The translations under genes and the position numbers were made by a program. The notes below the pieces were generated by a model. It was not told the origin of the DNA. It made no database searches and worked only from the letters and a program-made list of their open reading frames with translations. A stretch of 38,078 nt of DNA from Candidatus Giovannonibacteria bacterium RIFCSPHIGHO2_02_FULL_44_11 (lineage in GTDB: Bacteria > Patescibacteriota > Minisyncoccia > UBA11713 > 2-01-FULL-45-33). Within the stretch, counting starts at the first letter, position 1; each line of letters starts with the position of its first letter. The stretch lies in assembly GCA_001778595.1 (NCBI GenBank), contig MFHL01000005.1:1-38078 (forward strand). Reading direction: 5' to 3'. Of this stretch, positions 1-7,874 are shown piece by piece.

Positions 1-35
1 CAACCGCATCGGAGGTTCGAATCCTCCCGCTTCCG
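1..35 (+). tRNA. tRNA 3' fragment truncated by window edge, probably tRNA-Ser
   Basis: T-arm ggagg/ttcgaat/cctcc at 11-27, 3' acceptor strand cgcttcc 28-34, discriminator G35, no encoded CCA. This acceptor strand plus G73 is the pattern of bacterial tRNA-Ser. The anticodon lies outside the window. Confidence 0.6.
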
Positions 36-62
36 GTTTGTTCCAGAGTATAAAATAAGGTT

Positions 63-154
63 GGCGCGGATCCTCGGTTTTGTAAACAAAATCGGGAAAA
101 ACCGTCAGAGGAACAATCCTCTCGTGAGTTCGAATCTCACCCCATCCTCCGCCA
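63..154 (+). ncRNA. tRNA-like element: canonical T-arm plus GCCA end, but no foldable cloverleaf
   Basis: gtgag/ttcgaat/ctcac at 125-141. A variable-arm-like hairpin gagga-acaa-tcctc lies upstream. The element ends ...cccatcctccgcca at 154. Ten nt (not 7) separate the T-stem from the discriminator, and no complementary 5' acceptor strand (ggaggatggg) exists upstream. Confidence 0.25.
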
Positions 155-240
155 ATTAAAATTTTGCGTCTCTTGCGCGCTATTTTAATTTCAAACGGCA
201 AATGCGCTATACTTAATATCAGTGCTTTGCGCGGATTTGA

Positions 241-277
241 GCGGGCGGGAGAAATGAAAGGCGAAGCCGAGAGCATT
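241..277. repeat. Left 37-bp inverted repeat (pairs with 1104-1140)
   Basis: gcgggcgggagaaatgaaaggcgaagccgagagcatt. The reverse complement of 1104-1140 is gcgggcgggcaaaatgaaagacgaagccgagagcatt (34/37 identical). Confidence 0.85.
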
Positions 278-416
278 CCAAACTGCCAAAGAACCTGAAA
301 ACAAATCGGCTCGAACCATATTTGGAAGGGCAAAAGAATTTTTTTCATAAGAATATAGTTTACACTAGTGGTTAAAATAACGGCGGCAAAGATATTAACT
401 AAATAAGATAAAAACC

Positions 417-923
417 ATGAGAATATTAAACGAAGTCTTCACTGTAAACGACCTATTTAAAGTGGTGGCTATGTCTGTGACCATTCTCGTCCTAGAATTA
501 TTCACAGCATGGTATATCGGCACACAAATCCTCCCAGTCTATTTGCCGCAGGGATTCGGAGCTCTTTTCTTTTTCTATACGCTACCCGGACAATTATTCA
601 TGATTTTAGATTCCTTGCTATTTAATGGGGCTAAGTTTTTATCTTCTTTTCTTTCTGTTAAATTTACTCGGGTTACTCTTTCTGCCTTGATTGCTGGCTT
701 TATTTTTGATATAGGAACAACACTCTTCCAGTCTCAATTTACAGGATTAAATCTTGCTAGATTTTTACCTCTCATCGCAGGTACAATTATTATGGCGTTC
801 TTCCTCCGTAAAGCATATAATAATCTAGCTAGAAAACGTCTCTTCTACTTTCTTGCAATTATTTTTCCGATAATTATGCAGATTTCTTACAATTATTTAA
901 TTCTATATCGCGCAGCTTTTTGA
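417..923 (+). CDS. Hypothetical polytopic membrane protein (168 aa, about 5 hydrophobic segments)
   Basis: ATG-initiated ORF. Repeated 20-residue hydrophobic stretches. No motif recognised. Confidence 0.6.
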   Translation: MRILNEVFTVNDLFKVVAMSVTILVLELFTAWYIGTQILPVYLPQGFGALFFFYTLPGQLFMILDSLLFNGAKFLSSFLSVKFTRVTLSALIAGFIFDIGTTLFQSQFTGLNLARFLPLIAGTIIMAFFLRKAYNNLARKRLFYFLAIIFPIIMQISYNYLILYRAAF

Positions 924-1103
924 GGTTCAAGCAATCCAACAAATTGCGAGAACAATACAAAATAGATATTTGCTATATATTTGCTGACAAGTTTATTTTG
1001 CGATAGAGTACCATAGGCAAGAATTGATAAATTGGTAGGTCGGAAAGAAAAAGAATTCACTGAATTGAGTTGTACTTAACTCAATTAAAAACTTGAAATT
1101 GTT

Positions 1104-1140
1104 AATGCTCTCGGCTTCGTCTTTCATTTTGCCCGCCCGC
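1104..1140. repeat. Right 37-bp inverted repeat (pairs with 241-277)
   Basis: aatgctctcggcttcgtctttcattttgcccgcccgc, the reverse complement of the left repeat with 3 mismatches. Confidence 0.85.
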
Positions 1141-1227
1141 CCATTCCGAGTCCCGATTGCAAAGCAATCGCGGACGAGGACAGAATTCCGTTCGAGCTAT
1201 TTGTAGAATACACCGCCAAAAAAATTC

Positions 1228-2373
1228 TTACTGCTCCGGCGGGGATTTTATTATGGTAAATTGCAAAGTTCGAGGGGAGATTTTAATTATAGAAAGAGAG
1301 CCGGGAACATTGATGATATCGTTGTTGATTATATCGTATTTTTGCCTGCCATCCGCCTTGTCCGAAAGGTCAATACTGACTTTGAGGCGCTCCTCGTTTA
1401 AGAAACTGAAATCCTGATTCTGTCCCGACAGAGAAACGCTGACCTCGTTGAAATTCGCATTTTCTATTGTGTACCCGGGCAATGAACGGAATTCAATCGG
1501 TATATCATAAATCCGCGTAATAGTTCCGGCGCCAAGCTGGACAACAAACGCGTACCATAAAAATCCGGACGCGCAGAGCGCCACAGCTTTTTCCTTCCAA
1601 TTCACAAAGGGAGTCCATCTCTTGGATTCTGCGCCGTCTTCAAGCAAATGCGTCCGCAAAAAATCATGGAGCCGTGCGGTCAGCTCATCAATATCGGTTA
1701 TAATCTTTACTTCTCCGTCCTCAGCGACGGAAATCGTCCCTTTCTCCTCGGAGACTATTATAATGAAGGCGTCAGTCCGTTCGGAAAGTCCAAGAGCAGC
1801 GCGGTGGCGCGTGCCGAAATTTTTAATTCCATGATGCGCGAGCGGCAGATGTGCTCCGAACGCGCGCACGCGATCCCCTTGTATGAATACTGCGCCGTCA
1901 TGACCCGGAGACGAGGTATCAAAAATACTCAAAAGCAGGGGCACCGAAACCCTGCCTCCCAAAGCAATTCCTCCTCCGGTGACATTGTCCAGCGGCTCCT
2001 CGCCCTGAAAAACTATCAGCGCGCCGGTTTTTGACAAAGCCAGCCGTTCCACCGCGTCTATTACCTGAAGCGACACGGTCTCCGGTATCAGCTCGCGCTT
2101 TGAATAAGAAAATCTGCGCCACAGCGACAGCCATTCAAAAAACCTTCTCAACTCGCGCTGAAAAACAACTATAAAAATTATCACGAAAAAACCGAAAAAG
2201 AAGCTGAAAAGATAGCTTGTAAGATACAGGTTAAAATAGCGCGCGGCAATATATATCAAAACCAGAACGCCGATGCCGTTGAACAAAAAAAGCGAATGAG
2301 TTTTTTTCAAAAGCAAAATTACCGCGTAGATAAGCACGGCCACCACCAAAATATCCGCCATATCCCTCAACAT
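1228..2373 (-). CDS. cdaA: Diadenylate cyclase CdaA (3 N-terminal TM helices + DisA_N domain) fused to an extra TM helix and one YbbR/CdaR-like domain
   Basis: DisA_N signatures GALIVF, HDGAV (DGA) and GTRHRAALG (RHR), plus SEEKGTISV. The C-terminal ~130 aa have the YbbR-repeat pattern (IPIEFRSLPGYTI...VSVSLSG...KVSIDLSD...INVPGSLSIIKISPRTLQFTI). Confidence 0.9.
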   Translation of the reverse strand: MLRDMADILVVAVLIYAVILLLKKTHSLFLFNGIGVLVLIYIAARYFNLYLTSYLFSFFFGFFVIIFIVVFQRELRRFFEWLSLWRRFSYSKRELIPETVSLQVIDAVERLALSKTGALIVFQGEEPLDNVTGGGIALGGRVSVPLLLSIFDTSSPGHDGAVFIQGDRVRAFGAHLPLAHHGIKNFGTRHRAALGLSERTDAFIIIVSEEKGTISVAEDGEVKIITDIDELTARLHDFLRTHLLEDGAESKRWTPFVNWKEKAVALCASGFLWYAFVVQLGAGTITRIYDIPIEFRSLPGYTIENANFNEVSVSLSGQNQDFSFLNEERLKVSIDLSDKADGRQKYDIINNDIINVPGSLSIIKISPRTLQFTIIKSPPEQ

Positions 2374-2433
2374 GATATCTTTATATTAATGAACATTTTC
2401 ATTTTTGTCACGCGTGGAGTATAATATCGGTAT

Positions 2434-2961
2434 ATGGACCAACAAAAAAATATCATGGACCGGCAGCAGGATTATATGATAGGCAAAGAGATCTTTTCGT
2501 GGGAAGCTCCTGAATACTTCCAGCATCAGCGCGGCACCGACTGGTATTGGTGGGTGGGGCTTGTGGCCATAATTCTCTTAGGGATTGCTCTATGGCAGGG
2601 CTCTTTCCTTTTCGGAATTTTAGTGCTGGTCGGGTGGTTCACCGTAATCCTTTACGCACTGCGCCCGCCGAGGACATTTACATTTACCATCACCGAAAAA
2701 GGAATTTTGGTAAAAAATCCTAGCTCGGACGGGATAAAAATATATCCGTGGTCTGAACTCAAATCGTTCTGGATATTCTACAAACCACCGATTCAGGAAG
2801 AGCTTTCCGTGGTGTCAAAAAAAAGCATGATGCCGTATATCAAAATGCCTTTAGGCGGGGCGGACCCGGAACAGATAGAAAATATCGTTAAGAAATATAT
2901 CCCAAAAGCGGAGCAAAAAGAATCGCTAATTGACAGCGTCGCCCATTTTGCTAAGTTTTAA
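2434..2961 (+). CDS. Hypothetical membrane protein (two TM helices followed by a small soluble domain)
   Basis: ATG ORF. TM hairpin WYWWVGLVAIILLGIALWQGSFLFGILVLVGWFTVILYAL. A possible promoter (ttttca N18 tataat) lies just upstream. Confidence 0.65.
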   Translation: MDQQKNIMDRQQDYMIGKEIFSWEAPEYFQHQRGTDWYWWVGLVAIILLGIALWQGSFLFGILVLVGWFTVILYALRPPRTFTFTITEKGILVKNPSSDGIKIYPWSELKSFWIFYKPPIQEELSVVSKKSMMPYIKMPLGGADPEQIENIVKKYIPKAEQKESLIDSVAHFAKF

Positions 2962-2971
2962 TAAGTTTTTA

Positions 2972-3046
2972 GCGCCCATAGTTCAATGGATAGAATGCAA
3001 GCTTGCGGAGCTTGATATCGAGGTCCGATTCCTCGTGGGCGCACCA
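2972..3046 (+). tRNA. tRNA-Arg (anticodon GCG), CCA encoded
   Basis: Hand-folded cloverleaf: acceptor gcgccca/tgggcgc, D-stem gttc/gaat, anticodon stem caagc/gcttg with loop ttGCGga, T-stem cgagg/cctcg, discriminator A, CCA 3044-3046. The T-loop reads tccgatt (C at position 55). Confidence 0.85.
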
Positions 3047-3618
3047 TGCAAAAAAAGGTTTTCATAATCCACGGCTGGGACGGCTCGCCGCAAAACTGTT
3101 GGTTTCCGTGGCTGAAAAACGAGCTTTCAAAAAATGGTTTTGACGTCACTGTTCCGTCAATGCCCGACCCCGAAAATCCGAAAATCGAGGATTGGGTCAG
3201 ACATCTTTCAACCGTTGCCGGAAAACCAGATGTAAATACGTATTTCGTCGGGCACAGCATCGGATGCCAAACTATATTGCGCTATATTGAAGGACTCAAA
3301 AAACCCGTTGGCGGAGTTGTCTGCATCGCGGGATTTTTTAGATTATTACATCTTACTACCAACGAAGAAAAAGAAATTGCAAAGCCCTGGCTTGAAACAC
3401 CGATGAATTACGAAAAAATAAGACTGAATGCGAATAAAATAACCGCTGTTTTTTCGGACAATGACCCGGACGTTGATTTGGGAGACAAAGAATTATTTGA
3501 AAAAAAATTAGGCGCAAAGACAATCGTGGAACACAATATGGGACATTTCGACGATGACGCGGGCATTAAAAAATTGCCGTCCGCACTTGACGCAATACTT
3601 GAAATTGCGGGGGACTAA
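3046..3618 (+). CDS. Alpha/beta serine hydrolase, YdeN/RBBP9-like family
   Basis: N-terminal VFIIHGWDGSP and nucleophile elbow GHSIG. The ~190 aa size is typical of the family. The ATG shares its A with the tRNA CCA. Confidence 0.75.
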   Translation: MQKKVFIIHGWDGSPQNCWFPWLKNELSKNGFDVTVPSMPDPENPKIEDWVRHLSTVAGKPDVNTYFVGHSIGCQTILRYIEGLKKPVGGVVCIAGFFRLLHLTTNEEKEIAKPWLETPMNYEKIRLNANKITAVFSDNDPDVDLGDKELFEKKLGAKTIVEHNMGHFDDDAGIKKLPSALDAILEIAGD

Positions 3619-3628
3619 TTTAGAAAAT

Positions 3629-3660
3629 AAAAACGTCCAGATGAGCCGCGGACGTTTTTT
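3629..3660. terminator. Bidirectional rho-independent terminator
   Basis: aaaaacgtcc ... ggacgttttt stem with an A-run on one side and a T-run on the other. It lies between convergent stops at 3618 and 3665. Confidence 0.7.
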
Positions 3661-3664
3661 ATGT

Positions 3665-4000
3665 TTAACTGTTTTTCAAAGACACTATTGCTTCGGAATT
3701 CCTGTATTTGCGTGTCGCAAGGCCGATCTCTTCCAAAAACTTAACGGCATGGTCCCAGTCTGCGAGCGTAAAAACTATCGAACCGAACCGGTAAGATTCC
3801 TCATATCGCACGGAGACACTTGTCTCGCCCAAAACTACGCACGATTCCAGTTTATTCAGCACGAATGAGGCGAACGATCCGAAAAATTCACAGGCACCAC
3901 AGTTTGATACCTGAACTGATTCAGCCCGCGCACTCACATCGTCCCTATGTCTTTTTTCCAGTCTGGAAACTCTCGCTTCCAGAGTTTCTTTTTCAGCCAT
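3665..4000 (-). CDS. Hypothetical protein (111 aa), N-terminal coiled-coil-like segment
   Basis: ATG ORF bracketed by a terminator downstream. No recognisable motif. Confidence 0.5.
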   Translation of the reverse strand: MAEKETLEARVSRLEKRHRDDVSARAESVQVSNCGACEFFGSFASFVLNKLESCVVLGETSVSVRYEESYRFGSIVFTLADWDHAVKFLEEIGLATRKYRNSEAIVSLKNS

Positions 4001-4062
4001 AATATATCGATCCTTCCCTTCAAATCTGGCTCAAATCTAACAAATCCAGTAAGATTTGCAAT

Positions 4063-6186
4063 ATGGACCTAAGTACTCCACTCGAGCAAATTTTCAGGCA
4101 ATTATCGCCGAAGCAAAAGTCCGGGCTGAAAAATTTAGGTTTAAAAACCGCCGAAGATTTACTCGGGCATTTCCCGTACCGCTATGAAAATCCTGCCGAT
4201 TTAAAAAAAATAGCGGAAGTTATAACAGGAGAAAAAGTCCGCATATGGGGCAGAGTCCAAAAAATAGACTTTGAGAAAACATGGAAGAAAAAAATGAATA
4301 TCGCCTACGCCACGGTGGAAGATCCAACGGGGCGCATCAAAATGGTCTGGTTCAGGCAGCCTTATATCGCGCGAATGCTGCCAGCCGGCTCATGCGCGAT
4401 ATTTTCGGGGACAGTTGCATCTCGTAAAGACGGATATTATATAGCAAACCCGCTCTATGAGCGAGTTGCCTGCAGTGTTGTACCCGAATTTACCAAAGAA
4501 GATTCCTCAAGGCTCCAGCCTCTTTATCCTTCAACCGCGGGTCTATCGTCGCTTTGGATATCAAAAGCGGTTGTCAAAGTCCTCGCGCTCGTAAAAGCGG
4601 ATGAATTTTTGCCGGAAAAAATAATAGAAAAATATCATCTCCCGACTCTGCAAACGGCGCTCCGCTGGGCGCATATTCCGAAAACAGAAGAACACTCAAG
4701 CGCCGCAAAAAAAAGATTTGCTTTTGAAGGGGTGTTTCTGATGCAATTAATGCGCGCTTCGCAAAAAGAAGAGATAAAAAAAACCGCGGGAATAAAACTT
4801 TCCAATATTGAAGCATTAAGGGATGAATTTATAAAACTTCTGCCTTTCGGCCTTACGGACGCGCAAAAAAAATCCATAGAAGACATATTGTCTGACCTCA
4901 AATCTGGCCACCCGATGAACAGGCTTCTGGAGGGCGATGTGGGTTCTGGTAAAACCGCCGTTGCCGCGTGCGCCGCCTATATCGTGGCAAAAAACGGGAT
5001 GCAGGCGGCGTATATGGCCCCAACCGAAATTTTGGCGCGCCAACATTTTGAAACTTTTTCAAAAGTACTGGGAAAAGCAAACATCAAAGTAGGCCTTCTT
5101 ACTTCGGGCTTTTCAGAAAAATTTCCGTCAAAAATAGCAAGGGAAAAATCAACGCATGTTTCCCGCTCACAGCTCTTAAAATGGGTCCGTGAAGGCGAAT
5201 TTCCGATTTTGATAGGAACGCATTCTTTAATCGAAAAAAAGGTGGAATTCAAAAACCTGGCTTTGGCGATGGTAGATGAACAGCACAGATTCGGAGTGTC
5301 CCAGCGCGGAAAACTTTCGCACAAGGAATCGGGCATGCCAATGCCGCATTTCCTTTCAATGACCGCGACCCCCATTCCGCGCACGCTGGCGCTCACAATC
5401 TACGCGGACCTCGACCTTTCGGTTATCAGCGAAATGCCGCTGGGAAGAGTGCCTATTGATACAAAAATAGTGCCCCCGAAAGACAGAAACTTGGCATATG
5501 AATTTATCAGACAAAAATTGAATCAAGGCGAGCAGGCATTCGTTATCTGTCCTCGGATAGAGCCTGCGGAGCCATCGTCCGAGGGCTTTATGCAAGCCGA
5601 GATGAAATCGGTAAAAGAAGAATACAAAAAACTGAACGAAAAAATATTTCCTGAATTTGAAATAGCGCTGATGCACGGCAAGCTTACGCCGAAAGAAAAA
5701 GATGAAACAATGCGCGTCTTCCGTGAAAATAAAATCCAAGTATTAGTTTCTACGTCCGTAGTTGAAGTTGGGGTGGATGTCCCAAACGCGACAATAATGA
5801 TGATAGAGGGCGCGGAGCGCTTCGGTCTGGCGCAGCTTCACCAATTCCGAGGGCGCGTGGGCAGGGGCGAGAAAAAATCGCATTGCTTTGTTTTGCCGTC
5901 GTCATACTCCGCGGACATTTTCAGGCGCTTAAAAGCGCTCACGGAAGCCAAAACCGGATTTGAGCTTGCGGAATACGATTTGGAATTCAGGGGTGCGGGT
6001 GAACTTTCAGGGCGCAAACAATCCGGTCTCTCCGACATCGGCATGGAAGCGTTAAAAAATTTGAAAATGGTGGAAGCCGCACGCTTTGAAGCGCGCGAAA
6101 TAATTGAGCAAAAAATTTTGGGAAAATATCCTCTGCTTGAGACAAAAATAAAAGAGCTCCGGATGGAGCCCCTGCATTTTGAGTAA
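4063..6186 (+). CDS. recG: ATP-dependent DNA helicase RecG
   Basis: OB/wedge N-terminus, Walker A GDVGSGKT, DEQHRFG box, TATPIPRTLA, QLHQFRGRVGRG motif VI. 707 aa. Confidence 0.95.
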   Translation: MDLSTPLEQIFRQLSPKQKSGLKNLGLKTAEDLLGHFPYRYENPADLKKIAEVITGEKVRIWGRVQKIDFEKTWKKKMNIAYATVEDPTGRIKMVWFRQPYIARMLPAGSCAIFSGTVASRKDGYYIANPLYERVACSVVPEFTKEDSSRLQPLYPSTAGLSSLWISKAVVKVLALVKADEFLPEKIIEKYHLPTLQTALRWAHIPKTEEHSSAAKKRFAFEGVFLMQLMRASQKEEIKKTAGIKLSNIEALRDEFIKLLPFGLTDAQKKSIEDILSDLKSGHPMNRLLEGDVGSGKTAVAACAAYIVAKNGMQAAYMAPTEILARQHFETFSKVLGKANIKVGLLTSGFSEKFPSKIAREKSTHVSRSQLLKWVREGEFPILIGTHSLIEKKVEFKNLALAMVDEQHRFGVSQRGKLSHKESGMPMPHFLSMTATPIPRTLALTIYADLDLSVISEMPLGRVPIDTKIVPPKDRNLAYEFIRQKLNQGEQAFVICPRIEPAEPSSEGFMQAEMKSVKEEYKKLNEKIFPEFEIALMHGKLTPKEKDETMRVFRENKIQVLVSTSVVEVGVDVPNATIMMIEGAERFGLAQLHQFRGRVGRGEKKSHCFVLPSSYSADIFRRLKALTEAKTGFELAEYDLEFRGAGELSGRKQSGLSDIGMEALKNLKMVEAARFEAREIIEQKILGKYPLLETKIKELRMEPLHFE
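6143..6186 (+). repeat. recG 3'-terminal sequence, copy 1 (the genuine gene end)
   Basis: caaaaataaaagagctccggatggagcccctgcattttgagtaa, which encodes ...KIKELRMEPLHFE*. Confidence 0.9.
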
Positions 6187-6522
6187 TTATTTTAAAAACC
6201 TTTTTGTGGCACGCTTGGAATAGCCGCTCGCCCTGCATATGACCGTTGAAATCTCATATAAATCCGTCGGCAATCCTCCGGCATTATAAATTTTACCCCA
6301 TGCTTTTTTTTGTTTTTTATCCAGTTTTACGTGTTTTTTAACATCAAGTTCCGGTCTCCAGAAATAAGAAAATGCCTCCGGCACAGAAAGTAAAATTTCT
6401 TTCAACCTTTCTTCTCTTACAAAAACAGGCATATCAAGGCTAGATGACCCGCCGGGCAACTTTCTAATTTCATGAAAAATTTCTTTCCAGTTCTTTCTCC
6501 GACGCAATTCATGATAAAGCAT
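6187..6522 (-). CDS. Hypothetical small protein (111 aa), possible C-terminal helix-turn-helix
   Basis: ATG ORF. Its stop abuts the recG stop. The C-terminal LYEISTVICRASGYSKRATKRF has an HTH-like pattern (weak). Confidence 0.5.
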   Translation of the reverse strand: MLYHELRRRKNWKEIFHEIRKLPGGSSSLDMPVFVREERLKEILLSVPEAFSYFWRPELDVKKHVKLDKKQKKAWGKIYNAGGLPTDLYEISTVICRASGYSKRATKRFLK

Positions 6523-6566
6523 AAATCCTCAAAATCAATCTAGAGATAGCATAACATGCCGTGAAT

Positions 6567-6609
6567 AAAATTAAAAGAGCTCCGAATGGAGCCCCTGCAT
6601 TTTGAATAA
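6567..6609 (+). repeat. recG 3'-terminal sequence, copy 2
   Basis: aaaattaaaagagctccgaatggagcccctgcattttgaataa. It still reads KELRMEPLHFE*. The two substitutions relative to copy 1 (cgg>cga, gag>gaa) are synonymous. Confidence 0.85.
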
Positions 6610-6621
6610 ACATTCGATTTT

Positions 6622-7053
6622 CTACAATCTTTCGATTAGCTCAATTTCCGCGCTCAACTTGGTCAATCGACAAATTTCTCGATTAATTGCTAACTGTATA
6701 TTCTTCTTGAACACCTGAGACCATAACCCACCTTTACAGACATAGTCGCCAAATGCGACGCCTATCGTTTCATGTACCAAATCCCTATAAAAATGCTTCT
6801 CGTCCTCAATATGATTGCATTCTTCTTCTTTTATCGGAAAAATTTGAGCGAAGTATATGCCCGAGTACATATATTCGGCCCGCTGCTCAGGATATGCTAA
6901 TTTTAAGCTTATCTTGCCGGCGATGTTGTGTAGTTTCCTCGCCCATTCCATACTTTCGTTTACAAATTCACATATTTTCATTGAATTTAAAACGAAATTC
7001 GGATCAAACAGAATCGTCGGTCCGTCTTTTTTACCCGTAAAATCCTCCTTCAT
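6622..7053 (-). CDS. Hypothetical protein (143 aa)
   Basis: ATG ORF with no clear SD sequence and no motif recognised. Confidence 0.45.
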   Translation of the reverse strand: MKEDFTGKKDGPTILFDPNFVLNSMKICEFVNESMEWARKLHNIAGKISLKLAYPEQRAEYMYSGIYFAQIFPIKEEECNHIEDEKHFYRDLVHETIGVAFGDYVCKGGLWSQVFKKNIQLAINREICRLTKLSAEIELIERL

Positions 7054-7165
7054 GCCGCTCAGGCGAACCCTGCGGCTCTGTTAAAGAACTGCCTTTGCCG
7101 CGCCGTTGCCAAAAATTCAACACAAATCTTCGGTCAGCTTGATTGAATATATAGCATTTCTAAAT

Positions 7166-7190
7166 CAAAAATAAAAGCCTTCTCACGATA
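7166..7190 (+). repeat. Degenerate partial copy of the recG-tail repeat (left half only)
   Basis: caaaaataaaagccttctcacgata. The first 12 nt are identical to copy 1. The remainder resembles copy 4 (ccctctcgcgaga). The ...gcccctgcattttga half is missing. Confidence 0.4.
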
Positions 7191-7205
7191 ACTATAAACG
7201 ACTAA

Positions 7206-7241
7206 GCAAGTATCTCACTACGACCGTGGTCAAACACTTGC
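7206..7241. repeat. 36-bp imperfect palindrome, copy 1 (downstream of the PaaX-like gene)
   Basis: gcaagtatctcactacgaccgtggtcaaacacttgc. The arms gcaagt.../...acttgc flank a cgaccgt core. It is related to 7875-7910. Confidence 0.7.
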
Positions 7242-7258
7242 TTATGCTTTTAGATATT

Positions 7259-7843
7259 TTACAATAAATCAAAATATTTAAGCAGGTTTGCCTCGTTTGT
7301 TACGCTCTCTAATATTCCGTAACGTACGTGACGCCTGATATCAAACACTTCAATGACAAAATCGATTTCATCTTTGCATTCGTATGGAAAAACAAAAACG
7401 CTTTTTTGAAGTTCGTAAAATCCGAGTTCGCGCAATTTACTCCTTAAAGCATCTCTTGCTTGGCGATTTTTCTCCGGGATATCAAACATGACAACTCGCC
7501 ACTTTTTGTCCCATCTGGGAGGCAGTTTAATTTTCAAATCGTCTATACTAAACTCCATTGCCCTTAACTTCCCTTTCTCTGTGAGCACTATCCTTGTTTG
7601 ACCATCAGAAACATCTACCATGTCGACCAACCTGTCTCTATAAAATTCTGTGATGAGCTGCCTTAAATATTCCTTGTTAATTTTGCGAAATTCTTTAGGA
7701 ATAGATGTAAAAAATCTTGATATCCCGCGTTTCGAACCCATAGCCCCTACGGCGATGCCGCCGAGAAATAAAAGCAATAATTTTTTCTTCCAAGGACTAT
7801 AAATGCGCTTTCTTTTATAGTGCGCTTTTCTAATTTTTAACAT
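7259..7843 (-). CDS. PaaX-like (Cas2-fold C-terminal domain) putative regulator with an N-terminal TM helix
   Basis: WRVVMFDIPEKNRQARDALRSKLRELGFYELQKSVFVFP matches the PaaX C-terminal pattern W..v.FsiPe..R..R..LR..L...GF..L..s.w..P. The start was moved from TTG 7861 to ATG 7843, which is preceded by aagga. Confidence 0.55.
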   Translation of the reverse strand: MLKIRKAHYKRKRIYSPWKKKLLLLFLGGIAVGAMGSKRGISRFFTSIPKEFRKINKEYLRQLITEFYRDRLVDMVDVSDGQTRIVLTEKGKLRAMEFSIDDLKIKLPPRWDKKWRVVMFDIPEKNRQARDALRSKLRELGFYELQKSVFVFPYECKDEIDFVIEVFDIRRHVRYGILESVTNEANLLKYFDLL

Positions 7844-7874
7844 AACGCCATCCTTGCACAAATAATTATTACAT

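Larger units (their letters stand above)
241..1140. mobile_element. Inverted-repeat-bounded ~0.9 kb cassette carrying one membrane-protein ORF (possible MITE/IS-derived or invertible segment)
   Basis: 37-bp inverted repeats at both ends. The interior is visibly AT-richer than the flanking cdaA region. It sits immediately downstream of tRNA genes. No recombinase is present inside. Confidence 0.35.

Noticed and set aside
63-154. tmRNA 3' domain, or a permuted tmRNA acceptor piece
   Set aside because: The discriminator is G rather than A, the acceptor spacing is 10 nt rather than 7, and there is no G:U alanine identity context. No complementary 5' strand lies within 250 nt downstream, as a permuted gene would need.
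4574-5739. Series of minus-strand ORFs (80-139 aa) inside recG
   Set aside because: All are antisense to RecG helicase motifs and have no independent support.
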